Shown piece after piece: positions 10,651 through 21,250 of a DNA stretch of 59,118 nt. Source of the stretch: a bacterium (GTDB taxonomy: Bacteria; Zhuqueibacterota; Zhuqueibacteria; Residuimicrobiales; Krinioviventaceae); assembly GCA_963674595.2 (NCBI GenBank), contig CAXXFV010000002.1, positions 1 through 59,118 of the forward strand. Reading direction: 5' to 3'. Below the pieces are notes generated by a model that was not told where the DNA came from, did not search any database, and saw nothing but the letters and a program-made list of their open reading frames with translations. The position numbers and the translations under genes are program-made. Position 1 is the stretch's first letter, and each line of letters opens with the position of its first letter.

Positions 10651-10929
10651 ATGACCCAGGATATGACAAAAGAACAAAAAAACAGCGCCTTGCTTATGAG
10701 TTTGATAATGAATTTTCAAACAGGCGCCATGCAGGCTATGGGTAAAATTAAAAATCCGGTTACTGACAAGATCGAGTTTAGTCTTGAGCAGGCATCCATG
10801 TATATTGACATGGTTGATATGCTGCTGGAAAAGACAAAGGGAAATTTATCCGCTGAAGAATCAGGATTTGTTTCTAAAATACTTGCAGAGTTGAAAATGA
10901 ACTATGTCAATGTTAAAAAGAACAATTAA
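10651..10929 (+). CDS. DUF1844 family protein
   Basis: AMQAMGKIKNPVT...LEQA...IDM..ML.EKTKGNLS.EE; ATG at 10651 after AAGGAG. Confidence 0.8.
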   Translation: MTQDMTKEQKNSALLMSLIMNFQTGAMQAMGKIKNPVTDKIEFSLEQASMYIDMVDMLLEKTKGNLSAEESGFVSKILAELKMNYVNVKKNN

Positions 10930-11048
10930 TTATATAAAATTTTCTTTATTGATAATTTAAAAAATTATAGATTATTATAAAATTTATTATAAATTATAAA
11001 GCTGATAAAAGATGAGAACTGGATTTCGGAAATATTCAGGGACGGTTA

Positions 11049-12197
11049 ATGGATCGTGACAAAAAACTTAATATCCTGGTGATAAACTGGCAGGATATAA
11101 CCAATCCGCAGGGAGGCGGAGCCGAGGTCCATTTACACGAAATATTTAAACGAGTTGCTGCAAAAGGCCATAAAGTTACCTTGTTGTGTTGCTGGTATAA
11201 AGGTGCCTTAAAAGAACAAGTAATTGACAATATCCATATAAAGAGATGCGGTAATCGAAGTTTATTTAATTTTTTTGTACCATTTGAATATAAAAAACTG
11301 AGAAAAACAAATCAGTTTGATATAGTAATAGACGATCTTAACAAAATACCTTTTTATACACCGTTATTTGTTAAAGAGCCGATTTTAGCTCTTGTTCATC
11401 ATTTTTTTGGAAAAAGCATTTATTTTGAAACATCATGGCTTCCGGCGAGTTATGTTTATTATTCAGAAAAGCTGGTACCACTTTTATATAAAAAAACACC
11501 GTTCGCTGCGGTTTCCAACAGTACTAAAGAAGAACTTTTGCATATCGGCATTCGCCCGCCTGTAAACATTCTGGCAAATGGTGTTAATGCAGACAGGTAT
11601 TGTCTGTTACCGGACAAAAAAGCACAAACACCGGTTATCGGGTATTTGGGGCGTTTAAAAAAGTATAAAAGTGTTGATCATATTTTGCAGGCTTTTGTTA
11701 ATGTGTTGGATAAAATTCCCGAATGTCGTCTTGCCATTGTTGGTGATGGCGATTTTCGCCGGGAATTATCAGTTTTAGCTAAAGAATTGGAAATTGATAA
11801 ACAGATAGATTTTTACGGCCATGTTTCACTGGAGCGAAAAATTGAGCTGTTGAACAATATGTGGCTGGCTGTCAACCCTTCCCCGAAAGAGGGCTGGGGT
11901 TTAACGGTTATTGAGGCCAATGCCTGTGGTGTTCCTGTGGTTGCAGCGGACTCACCCGGGTTGCGTGATTCAGTGGTTAATGACAAAACCGGTTTGTTAT
12001 ATGAATATGGAAACATAAATCAGTTAACTCAACAGGTCCTGCTGTTATTACAGGATAAAAACAAAAGGCAGGAATTTGGTAATAATGCCCTGAAATGGGC
12101 CCAGGAATTCACGTGGGAAAAATCAGCTAATAAAGCGATTGAAATCATCGATCAGATTATTAATAAAAAGTTCGGAGAAAGAACCGATGCAGAATGA
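11049..12197 (+). CDS. Glycosyltransferase family 4
   Basis: NWQDITNPQGGGAEVH, YLGRLKKYKS, EGWGLTVIEANACG (EX7E) motifs. Confidence 0.92.
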   Translation: MDRDKKLNILVINWQDITNPQGGGAEVHLHEIFKRVAAKGHKVTLLCCWYKGALKEQVIDNIHIKRCGNRSLFNFFVPFEYKKLRKTNQFDIVIDDLNKIPFYTPLFVKEPILALVHHFFGKSIYFETSWLPASYVYYSEKLVPLLYKKTPFAAVSNSTKEELLHIGIRPPVNILANGVNADRYCLLPDKKAQTPVIGYLGRLKKYKSVDHILQAFVNVLDKIPECRLAIVGDGDFRRELSVLAKELEIDKQIDFYGHVSLERKIELLNNMWLAVNPSPKEGWGLTVIEANACGVPVVAADSPGLRDSVVNDKTGLLYEYGNINQLTQQVLLLLQDKNKRQEFGNNALKWAQEFTWEKSANKAIEIIDQIINKKFGERTDAE

Positions 12198-14850
12198 AAA
12201 ACTATTAAATCGTATTTTTGCGGGTGTTGCGTTTTTATTGTCATTTATTGTCTATTTAAAAACAATTGCCCCAACGACGTCCTTTTGGGATTGCGGTGAA
12301 TTTATTACATGTTCCTACATCCTCGGAATTCCTCATCCCCCGGGTGCGCCGTTTTACCTGCTTTTAGGCCGGCTTTTTACAATGGTTCCTTTTGCTGCTG
12401 ATATCGGTTTAAGGGTTAATGTTATTTCAGCATTGGCGTCTTCTATTACGGTTATGTTTACTTATTTAATCATCGTCCGGTTAATCAAACAATGGCGCGG
12501 TGAGCCAAAAAAAGGTTTTGATATCGTGGTTTTGATTGCAAGTGGGTTAATCGGTTCATTAACATTTGCTTTTACAGATACTTTTTGGTTTAACGCCGTT
12601 GAAGCGGAAGTTTATGCCATCAGTATGTTTTTTACTTCAATTATCCTTTGGTTGATTCTGGTTTGGCTGGAAAAGTCTGATCAGGAAGGTTCCGAAAGAT
12701 ATTTGCTGATTATCGCTTACCTTGTTGGGCTGGCCATAGGTGTTCATCTACTCATGATCCTCACATTACCGGCCATATTTATGATTGTTTATTATAAATA
12801 TCTTGACAGGACAGGACAAAAAATAAATATTATAAATTTAGGTTTATTTGCTATTGTAACAGCCGCAACCTTTTTTATAATATATCCCGGAATTGTGCAA
12901 TTTATTCCAAACCTGGCAGGAAAAACATCAATCTGGTTTCTTTTGTTTATTCTTATCGCTGTTGTTTTGGGGATTTATTTCGGCGTCAGCAGTAATAAAA
13001 AAATTCTGAGTTTAGCGCTCATGGCTGCACTGTTGATTTTAATTGGTTATTCAACCTATACCATGATCTATATTCGTTCCGGCCTGAATCCGGCAATCGA
13101 TGAAAATGATCCTGAAAATATGGAAAAAATGGTAAAATATTTAAACCGTGAACAATATGGTAAAATCAGTACTTTTCCTCGTTTATACCCCGGTTTGCCT
13201 CAACCCTGGCAGTTTAAACAGGAACATCCCTATGAAAAATATGCAACTTTTGAATTCGGCAAACAGATGGATTTTTTCTGGGAATATCAGGTTAAGAAAA
13301 TGTATCTCAGATATTTTTCCTGGCAGTTTGTTGGAAAGGGAACGACCCTGGGAAAAGACGGCTTTATTGTTGAAAATTTTACCACAAAAGGTCTGTTAGG
13401 GCTTCCGTTTCTGATCGGGTTGTTGGGAATGGTGCACCATTTTTATAAACATCGTCGGCACGCGTTTATGGTTTTGGCCTTGTTCTTTTTAACGGGCGTG
13501 GCGATTGTCATATATTTGAACCAGCCGGACCCTCAACCTCGTGAAAGGGATTACGTCTTTGTCGGCTCCTTTTTTGCCTTTGCAATATGGATCGGTATGG
13601 GTATTACTGCTATTCTGGAATGGATTGAAGAGGCCATGCGGGGCAAAAAACAAATGATAATGGTTCTTTCCATAGCCATTATCGCGGCATTTACTGTTAT
13701 GGGACCGGTTAATTTATTGGCTTATAACTATAAAGATCACGACCGCACCGGTAATTATGTCGCTTATGATTATTCCTATAATATTTTGCAAACATGTGAA
13801 CCGAATGCTATTGTTTTTACAAACGGCGATAATGATACCTTTCCTTTGTGGTTTTTGCAGTATGTTTATAACATCCGACCTGATGTACGGGTTGTTAATC
13901 TGAGCTTGTTAAATACACCCTGGTATATTAAACAGCTTAAACATCAGGACCCAAAAGTACCTATCAGTTTGCCGGATAATGAAATAGAATCGCTTGAACT
14001 TGTCCGTTGGGAAAAGAAAACCGTCAAGATCCCTGTAACAACAGCCGCGAAACAACATTTTTCTGAAGTGGATGACACACAGCATCTTTTCCAAGCGAAC
14101 AATGCGATTTTGGATGAACTGACTGTTGATGTCGAACCAACCCTTTTTGGTCAGGCCCTGCGTGTTCAGGATTATATGATACTTAATATTATTTTTGCAA
14201 ATCAATGGCGGAAACCGGTTTATTTTGCGGTAACAGTTTCAGACGACAACAAGCTGAATTTTAACAAATATCTGCGAATGGATGGTCTGAATTTCAAACT
14301 TGTACCAACAGACCGGCAGCCTGTGTCCACAGAAAAGTTGGAAAAAAATCTGTTTGAAATTTTCCAATTCAGAGGTTTAAACGACCCGAACGTATTTTTT
14401 AACGATAATATTAAAGGTCTTTTACAAAACTATCGGGCCGCATTTTTAAGACTGGCTAATGAATATATAAAGAAAGGCCAGAATGACAAGGTAATTGCCG
14501 TTTTGGATCGAATGAATGAGGTAATGCCGGAGGATATTATTCCTTATCCGGATTTTCGAATTATGCTGCAAATCGGTCAGATGTATGATAATGCCGGTAA
14601 GACTGAAGAGTTTATCAAACGAGCTGAAAAATGTATGGAAATTGCGCCGGATAACCCGCTGTCTATCGGTACATTAATCTCACTTTACAGTCGTGAAGGT
14701 TATCACGACAAATCTGTTAAATTATTGGAAGACTGGGCACAAAGACATCCGGCTGATTCCAGGGCTTTACAAATGCTTGAAGCGGAACGGGCTCTTTTGG
14801 CAAAAACGGATTCCTTAAATAAAAATGATACTGAACCAGATCAAAAGTAA
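12187..14850 (+). CDS. DUF2723 / TMEM260-like membrane glycosyltransferase (GT-C fold, putative protein O-mannosyltransferase) with C-terminal TPR-like region
   Basis: SFWDCGEFI, HPPGAP, AVEAEVYA, QPRERDY and FTNGDNDTFPLW motifs; many TM segments. Confidence 0.88.
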   Translation: MQNEKLLNRIFAGVAFLLSFIVYLKTIAPTTSFWDCGEFITCSYILGIPHPPGAPFYLLLGRLFTMVPFAADIGLRVNVISALASSITVMFTYLIIVRLIKQWRGEPKKGFDIVVLIASGLIGSLTFAFTDTFWFNAVEAEVYAISMFFTSIILWLILVWLEKSDQEGSERYLLIIAYLVGLAIGVHLLMILTLPAIFMIVYYKYLDRTGQKINIINLGLFAIVTAATFFIIYPGIVQFIPNLAGKTSIWFLLFILIAVVLGIYFGVSSNKKILSLALMAALLILIGYSTYTMIYIRSGLNPAIDENDPENMEKMVKYLNREQYGKISTFPRLYPGLPQPWQFKQEHPYEKYATFEFGKQMDFFWEYQVKKMYLRYFSWQFVGKGTTLGKDGFIVENFTTKGLLGLPFLIGLLGMVHHFYKHRRHAFMVLALFFLTGVAIVIYLNQPDPQPRERDYVFVGSFFAFAIWIGMGITAILEWIEEAMRGKKQMIMVLSIAIIAAFTVMGPVNLLAYNYKDHDRTGNYVAYDYSYNILQTCEPNAIVFTNGDNDTFPLWFLQYVYNIRPDVRVVNLSLLNTPWYIKQLKHQDPKVPISLPDNEIESLELVRWEKKTVKIPVTTAAKQHFSEVDDTQHLFQANNAILDELTVDVEPTLFGQALRVQDYMILNIIFANQWRKPVYFAVTVSDDNKLNFNKYLRMDGLNFKLVPTDRQPVSTEKLEKNLFEIFQFRGLNDPNVFFNDNIKGLLQNYRAAFLRLANEYIKKGQNDKVIAVLDRMNEVMPEDIIPYPDFRIMLQIGQMYDNAGKTEEFIKRAEKCMEIAPDNPLSIGTLISLYSREGYHDKSVKLLEDWAQRHPADSRALQMLEAERALLAKTDSLNKNDTEPDQK

Positions 14851-14883
14851 TAGTTCAGCGGTTAATTCGGAGAAAACAGGCTT

Positions 14884-15855
14884 TTGGAAAAAAAAGAAAA
14901 ATTTAAAAAGGCCGGTATAACCGGCCTGAAAATTTTAATCAGTTCATTATTAATTTTTATTTTATTAAGAAACATTGGTGCCGAAAATTTAATTGAAAAA
15001 TTAATGACCGCTAAATGGTATTGGGTAGTACTCAGTATGATAACGTTTGCCGTTAGTAATTTACTGGGCGCTTTTCAATGGCATTTGTTGCTTAAACTGT
15101 CCGGTTCACCGCTGAATATTCGTCAGGTTTTTTCATATTATCATGTCGGTCTTTTTTTCAATAATTTTTTATTCGGCTATGTAGGGGGCGATGCCTTTCG
15201 TATTTATGATGTCCGTAAAAGTTCCGGAGATACGACAAGTGCGATTTCCACTGTTTTTTTTGACCGGTTTGTCGGATTTTTTACATTAACGTCTCTGGCT
15301 ATGCTTGTTTCTTTAATCTGGATTAACCGGATTGCTTCAAACGGTGCTGTTTTTACCATTGCATCTATTTTTTTGTGCTGGATATTTGCACTTTTTGTTT
15401 TGTTCCATGAACGGTTTGCTTACAAACTTGCCAAGGTATTTCGATTTTTAATGCCTGATTTTGCGGCTGAAAAAATACGACAAGTTTACCTTGGCATGAA
15501 CCAGTTTAAACAATACAGAGGAAATTTATACAAAATCTTTTTATTATCTGTTTGTATACAGTCGCTTCGTATTTTAACCCATTATTGGGCTGCCTTGTCT
15601 GTCGGTGTTCATGTAAACGTTATATATTTTTTTATTTTCATTCCCATTATAGCATTGGCTGCAAGTTTGCCCATTAGTTTAGGGGGATTAGGAGTAAGAG
15701 AGCAAAGCGGTGTGACACTGTTTGCACAAATCAGTGTTCTTGCCGCTGATGTTGTTGCCTTTGAGTTGCTGGCTTATATAATTGGTGTTTTAGCCACCCT
15801 ACCCGGAGGCGTCATTTTCGCATTAAGAGGAGAGAAACATCGTAAACTCGGTTGA
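14884..15855 (+). CDS. Lysylphosphatidylglycerol-synthase-TM / flippase-like (UPF0104) membrane protein
   Basis: GLFFNNFL...VGGD..R, FFDR and LPISLGGLGVRE motifs. Confidence 0.85.
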   Translation: MEKKEKFKKAGITGLKILISSLLIFILLRNIGAENLIEKLMTAKWYWVVLSMITFAVSNLLGAFQWHLLLKLSGSPLNIRQVFSYYHVGLFFNNFLFGYVGGDAFRIYDVRKSSGDTTSAISTVFFDRFVGFFTLTSLAMLVSLIWINRIASNGAVFTIASIFLCWIFALFVLFHERFAYKLAKVFRFLMPDFAAEKIRQVYLGMNQFKQYRGNLYKIFLLSVCIQSLRILTHYWAALSVGVHVNVIYFFIFIPIIALAASLPISLGGLGVREQSGVTLFAQISVLAADVVAFELLAYIIGVLATLPGGVIFALRGEKHRKLG

Positions 15856-15879
15856 TAATTTAAAAAAAAGGAGCCAACT

Positions 15880-16929
15880 ATGAAATCAATCCGTATTTTT
15901 GGTATTGTGTTAACTGTAGTTATTTCGTTGTTTCTACTATTATCATGTGGGCAGAAACCTATAACATTAGGTTCTTTAAACAAAATAATCGTTATCGTGG
16001 ACTCTACGTTGTGGCAGGAGGTCGGCCCGGACCTCGAAGCTGCACTGGCACGTGAAATCAGAACACCGCAGCCGGAACCTGTTTTTCAACTGGTTCCTCG
16101 GGCGCCAAAAGATCTGGGAGGATTGACAAGATACACAAACCTGATTCTCCTGTCCACTTTGGACGCTAAAGATGATACAAAAGAAATGTTGGAAAAAATA
16201 CTTCCTCCAGGTTCTGAAATTAGACATAAAGTTGAACAGGATTCCAGTTTTTTATTCAAAAGTCCTGATGCCTGGGCTAAAGGTCAACTGCTGGTTGTCA
16301 TTGCTGCAAAGGACAAAGAAACTCTTAAACAACGGCTGCAAACAGACAAAGATGTCATCTTTACGGTTTTTGACGAGTATAGTAATGAAAAACTTGCTAG
16401 CTCGATGTTTAAGCGGTATGAACAAGCTGAAATTAGTGAAAAGCTTATGCAGGAACATGGATGGAACGTACGTGTACAGCATGATTATGTGTTAGCTATC
16501 GACTCTTTGGATGCACGTTTTGTATGGCTTCGTCGTATGAATCCGCAACGCTGGTTGTTTGTCTATTGGGAACCGGTGGATGATCCGTCAATTCTGACAA
16601 AAGAGTGGATGCTGGAAACGAGAAACCGACTGACCAATGATTTTTATGAAGGTGATTTTGTCCTTCAGGATGACGAATTTAAGGTATCGGAAAACGAAGT
16701 CGACTTTGCAAATAAATACGCCCTCAGACTGGATGGAATCTGGCAAAATGAAAAACATTCTATCGGTGGTCCATTTAGAAGCTATGCCTTTTACAATGAA
16801 AGCGATCAACGCATATACATGCTGGATTGTGCTGTTTTTGCCCCCGGCAGCCGCAAGTGGTCGTATATGCGCCAGCTTGATGTTATTGCCCATACTTTTA
16901 AAACCAAAGATCAGTTAGGAGAAAAATAA
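15880..16929 (+). CDS. DUF4837 family lipoprotein
   Basis: Lipobox LLSC; TPQPEP.F, DAWAKGQL, GGPFRSY and FAPG..KW.YMRQL motifs. Confidence 0.75.
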   Translation: MKSIRIFGIVLTVVISLFLLLSCGQKPITLGSLNKIIVIVDSTLWQEVGPDLEAALAREIRTPQPEPVFQLVPRAPKDLGGLTRYTNLILLSTLDAKDDTKEMLEKILPPGSEIRHKVEQDSSFLFKSPDAWAKGQLLVVIAAKDKETLKQRLQTDKDVIFTVFDEYSNEKLASSMFKRYEQAEISEKLMQEHGWNVRVQHDYVLAIDSLDARFVWLRRMNPQRWLFVYWEPVDDPSILTKEWMLETRNRLTNDFYEGDFVLQDDEFKVSENEVDFANKYALRLDGIWQNEKHSIGGPFRSYAFYNESDQRIYMLDCAVFAPGSRKWSYMRQLDVIAHTFKTKDQLGEK

Positions 16930-17388
16930 ATGCCAAAAGTTGCAATTTTTATGGGAAGTGAGTCCGATAAAGATATAATGTCCGTTGCTGAAGAATATTT
17001 GACATATTTCGGAATTGAATTTGAAACCTATATTTCTTCAGCGCATAGAAATCCCGAAGCTACGGCCTCACTTGCCAAATCAGCCGAAGAAAATAATTTT
17101 TCCGCTATTATCGCCGGTGCCGGAATGGCCGCGCATTTGCCCGGGGTTATTGCAAGTTATACAACCTTGCCTGTAATCGGTGTGCCGCTTTCCGGTTCTG
17201 CTTTAAACGGTGTTGATGCACTTTATTCAATCGTGCAAATGCCGCGAGGTGTTCCTGTGGCCACAATGGCAATCGGAAAAGCAGGGGCAGGTAATGCTGC
17301 CATATTTATCGCTGAAATGCTTGCTGCAGGAAATAGTGCGATTAAGGAAAAATTGCTTCAATTTCGCGCCAATGGGTGTCGGCTTTAA
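16930..17388 (+). CDS. purE: N5-CAIR mutase
   Basis: MGSESD, SAHRNP, AGMAAHLPG and SIVQMP.GVPVATM motifs. Confidence 0.96.
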   Translation: MPKVAIFMGSESDKDIMSVAEEYLTYFGIEFETYISSAHRNPEATASLAKSAEENNFSAIIAGAGMAAHLPGVIASYTTLPVIGVPLSGSALNGVDALYSIVQMPRGVPVATMAIGKAGAGNAAIFIAEMLAAGNSAIKEKLLQFRANGCRL

Positions 17389-17517
17389 TCAGTTTAAAGC
17401 TTTTGCCGGGCAGATTGTCTGTCCGGCTATCTGATTTTTATTTTTACACTTTTCTTCCTTTAGCTTGTATTTTTTATATAAATTGTTTTTATTATATAAA
17501 TTTTAAAAATTATAACA

Positions 17518-18420
17518 TTGAGTAAAATTTTAATGAAGATATTAATCACCGGATGCAACGGTCTTTTGGGACAAAGCTTGATTCGTAACAACCTGTTAAA
17601 CCATATGTTATATGGGGTCGATATAAACGATAAAAGTTTTTTAATTCCAGCATCTCAATATTTGCAATGTGATATGACAAAAAGACCGGATATGATTAAT
17701 ACTGTTTTGGATTTAAAACCTGACTGGATCCTTAATACCGCCGGATTTACCAATGTTGACGGCGCTGAAACAGACAAAGACAAATGCTGGCAGATAAACG
17801 TTAACGCTGTTGAAAATATTGTTGATGCAGCCCGAAAAGTTAAAGCCCGGGTTGTTCATCTTTCTACTGATTATATTTTTGATGGGGTAGAGGGGCCTTA
17901 TAAAGAAGATGAATATCCGAATCCATTGGGATTTTATGGCAGATCGAAACTTGCCGGTGAAAATGTTTTAAAAGGTTCCACCGTGGACCATGCGATTGTC
18001 CGCACGATGGTACTGTATGGGCATGGAAACCAGGTTCGTCCGAATTTTGTGTCATGGCTGCTGGAAAAATTTAAAAATAATGAATCTGTTAATATCGTTA
18101 CCGATCAAATTGGAAACGTAACCTATATTGATGACCTGGCTGCCGGGATTTGGGCTATTGTTGAGAAAAACGCTTTTGACATTTTTAATATCGCCGGCAG
18201 TGAAATTACCGACCGCAATACTTTTGCCCATAAAGTGGCCCGTTTTTGGGGATTCGATACCCGTTTAATAAAACCTATGAAAACAGTTGATCTACACCAG
18301 TTGGCGCCAAGACCCCTGAATTCCGGATTAATTGTAAACAAAGCGATAGACGAATTGGGAATTAAACTCTCGAATATTGATGAAGGGCTTCTCAAATATA
18401 AAAAATATCCTGAAAATTAA
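17518..18420 (+). CDS. rfbD: dTDP-4-dehydrorhamnose reductase (start may be ATG 17533)
   Basis: ITGCNGLLG, STDYIFDG, YGRSKLAGE, DQIG and APRPLNS motifs. Confidence 0.92.
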   Translation: MSKILMKILITGCNGLLGQSLIRNNLLNHMLYGVDINDKSFLIPASQYLQCDMTKRPDMINTVLDLKPDWILNTAGFTNVDGAETDKDKCWQINVNAVENIVDAARKVKARVVHLSTDYIFDGVEGPYKEDEYPNPLGFYGRSKLAGENVLKGSTVDHAIVRTMVLYGHGNQVRPNFVSWLLEKFKNNESVNIVTDQIGNVTYIDDLAAGIWAIVEKNAFDIFNIAGSEITDRNTFAHKVARFWGFDTRLIKPMKTVDLHQLAPRPLNSGLIVNKAIDELGIKLSNIDEGLLKYKKYPEN

Positions 18421-18469
18421 ACATATTGCTAGTTCACCACAGAATTTTTAACCGTATCATGGAGTTCAA

Positions 18470-19186
18470 TTGAAAGTTCTAGTTATTATTCCTACCTACA
18501 ATGAAAGCCAAAATATTGCACGACTGCTAAAAATGATATTCGCACTGGAAATTCAGGGTTTGGATGTATTGATTGTTGATGATAACTCTCCGGATGGTAC
18601 GGCACAAATTATCACCGATATGCAAAAAAGTGAATCCAGACTTTATATGTTGCAGCGTGAAAAGAAAATGGGGCTCGGTACGGCCTATGTAGCCGGTTTT
18701 CGTTATGCTTTGGAAAACGGATATGATCTAGTGATCGAGATGGATGCTGACTTTTCGCATGACCCTAACGAGCTTCCCAATTTTATTAAAGCCAGCAAAG
18801 AAAATGATTTGACCATCGGCTCCCGATACATCAAAGGTGTAAATGTTATAAACTGGCCCCTGAGTCGTTTGATATTAAGTATGGGCGCCAGCTTGTACAC
18901 ACGTCTGATAACCGGTTTGCCGTTAAAAGACTGCACAGCCGGATTCAAATGTTTCCGTCGTGATGTGCTTGAAAAAATTGATTTAAACCGTGTAAGGTCA
19001 GATGGTTATTCTTTTCAGATTGAAATGACCTTTAAAGCCTGGAAGCTTGGTTTCAAACTGGGAGAGATTCCTATTGTCTTTGTAGACCGAACGGCAGGGA
19101 CATCAAAAATGTCCAAAGCCATTATTCGGGAAGCCATTTTTATGGTATGGAAACTAAAACTGGCTAGTATTTTTGGACGGTTATAA
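18470..19186 (+). CDS. Polyprenol monophosphomannose synthase (GT2, Dpm1-like)
   Basis: IIPTYNE, VDDNSPDGT, GLGTAY, MDADFSHDP, GYSFQIEM and G.SKMS motifs. Confidence 0.92.
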   Translation: MKVLVIIPTYNESQNIARLLKMIFALEIQGLDVLIVDDNSPDGTAQIITDMQKSESRLYMLQREKKMGLGTAYVAGFRYALENGYDLVIEMDADFSHDPNELPNFIKASKENDLTIGSRYIKGVNVINWPLSRLILSMGASLYTRLITGLPLKDCTAGFKCFRRDVLEKIDLNRVRSDGYSFQIEMTFKAWKLGFKLGEIPIVFVDRTAGTSKMSKAIIREAIFMVWKLKLASIFGRL

Positions 19187-19207
19187 TAAATCAATCCGGC
19201 TGCTCTA

Positions 19208-20584
19208 ATGCGAATTTTTTACAAAAGTTGTTTACTATTTTTTTCTATATGGCTTTGCTGCACTTCTCCGGATTTGACATGGATACTCAAAGTCGGAAAT
19301 GTCAAATTACACACCAGCCAAATATATACCCACATCAATGAATTACTAAAATCCAGACCTGTTACAGAAACGATTCTTCGGGATTATATTATCAAATATT
19401 TTTTACAGGACCTGTTGTTCATGGCTGAAGGTTATGAAACAGGATTGGACCAATCTGCTGTTGTGCAACAAAAAATAAATCGTCGCTATGTTGAATATAT
19501 AGGGCAGAGAAATAGCCCTTTATTCAAGTATTATCTGCCACAGGATTTCAATGTATCAGATGAAGAGGTGCGGGGCTTTTTTAATGTTCGAAGCGATGCT
19601 ATAAAAATTGATGCAATTTTGGTCGAACGAATCTCTCTTGCTGATTCTTTATATCTTGAAATAAAAAACGGTGTTCCTTTTCACTATCTGGCACAAAAAT
19701 TTTCATTACCGCTTCCTTTTACTCAGGAGCATTTTATTACCTTTGGTGTGCTAACTCCGAATATTGAAGAGGCCGCGTTTAGTCTTCAAAGAATAGGTGA
19801 AACATCCGAACCTGTTAAAGCTGATAATGGCTTTTATCTTATTAACCTTTTGGACAAAAAACCGCTGCCCAAAAACTCTTTTGAAATTGAAAAGCCAAAG
19901 CTTGAAAAACGTCTTTTGGAAATTTTATATTATAAAAATATGGAACAGTATTATACCCGTCTTTATGATGAGTATGGTTTTCAAATAGCACCAATAGCTG
20001 CATCAATGCTGCTTGATCTTATAACGATGGATCAATCACAGATTGACTTGTTACTGGGTCATCCGGATGCTGAAAAAAATCCTCATAATGTGATTTTAGT
20101 GAAATATGGAGCTATTCAATATTCTGTTTCAGATATTTATTATCGGCTTGAAAAAGAATTTGGCCTGAACAAATTTCGTTTTTATACGATTACAGATATT
20201 GAAAATTTTTTAACGGATTACCTGACGCCGGACCTTATGTACTACGATGCTGATATCAGGAATTTAATGGACCACCCTGAAATAAAAACCAGGTTCCGGT
20301 TTTTAAAAGACCAGGTAATTGGGGACGAATGTTTTAAAAGAATGGTTTTGGATAAAATAGAAATTTCTACAGAAGAGATAGAAAATCGATATAATCAGAC
20401 TTTGGCAGATGACTTTCGGGATAAAAATACGATATTGGCTGAAATTAAAAATGAAATATTTAATGAAAAAAAATCTTTTATGGCTAAAAAAGCCGCTCAA
20501 AAACTTTATCCTAAATTTGAAATAGAATACAATTCAAAAGCAATAACAAACCTGCTCGAACAACTCAATTCCAGGGAAAACTAG
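19208..20584 (+). CDS. Putative parvulin (PpiC)-type foldase lipoprotein, divergent
   Basis: Lipobox-like WLCC; ADSLY.EIK.G..F..LA.KFS and EEAAFSL..GETSEPV....GFYLI motifs. Confidence 0.65.
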   Translation: MRIFYKSCLLFFSIWLCCTSPDLTWILKVGNVKLHTSQIYTHINELLKSRPVTETILRDYIIKYFLQDLLFMAEGYETGLDQSAVVQQKINRRYVEYIGQRNSPLFKYYLPQDFNVSDEEVRGFFNVRSDAIKIDAILVERISLADSLYLEIKNGVPFHYLAQKFSLPLPFTQEHFITFGVLTPNIEEAAFSLQRIGETSEPVKADNGFYLINLLDKKPLPKNSFEIEKPKLEKRLLEILYYKNMEQYYTRLYDEYGFQIAPIAASMLLDLITMDQSQIDLLLGHPDAEKNPHNVILVKYGAIQYSVSDIYYRLEKEFGLNKFRFYTITDIENFLTDYLTPDLMYYDADIRNLMDHPEIKTRFRFLKDQVIGDECFKRMVLDKIEISTEEIENRYNQTLADDFRDKNTILAEIKNEIFNEKKSFMAKKAAQKLYPKFEIEYNSKAITNLLEQLNSREN

Positions 20585-21145
20585 TCTTTTTTGAACTTTA
20601 TCCTGATTTACCAAATGTTCCCCAGTGATCTATAACACCAAACCAGGATTTATATTTTTATATCGTTATTTACCAATCTTCAAAAACTGATCTACAACTG
20701 CAACTCTTACAAACTAACATCCTCATACCACCAGCCACCACACTATTAAATATTTTTATGCTGTTGTTATCTAAATAATGATTGTTGTTTTGCAAACGAC
20801 ATTTTGTTTATTATAAAATCTTATTTTTAAAATAATCTATTTTATAATCTTTAGTTTAATGTTTTTTATTCAATCGATAATTAGTAACAAATTCTTTTAT
20901 TTTTAAAAAATAATACTTTTTAACAGAGAATTGTCGAAACCTCTTTGTCACTCATTTATATAAGGGATTATTATTTAAATACCCATTATTAAAATAAGGA
21001 GGTGATTTTAACAAGCTGAACACTAATATCAGCCATTTGGGTTCAGATACAAATTTGTAAATTATCCTCATGCAATGGTCAATACACTTGCCTTAAATTG
21101 TTATAAATTAGATAAAAATATATACTCCGCCGGTCCTCCTCCTCC

Positions 21146-21186
21146 GATAAGCCTGATATATTTATTATATCAGGCTTATTATTTTC
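21146..21186 (+). terminator. Long perfect hairpin, probable intrinsic terminator
   Basis: ataagcctgatat...atatcaggcttat followed by tattttc. Confidence 0.6.
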
Positions 21187-21250
21187 TTGCCTTTCAATTT
21201 TCCAGATATTATTTTAATTAAAGTGGTTTTTATAAAAAGGAAAAGTATTT

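Noticed and set aside
20668-20795. Short minus-strand ORF ending ...AGGMRMLVCKSCSCRSVFEDW as a double-glycine peptide precursor
   Set aside because: No RBS, only a weak TTG start, no leader consensus, and no modifying or transport genes nearby
21125-21131. ctccgcc as an att-site remnant of tRNA-Pro
   Set aside because: Only a 7-nt match, in the wrong orientation for a direct repeat, and no integrase in the window
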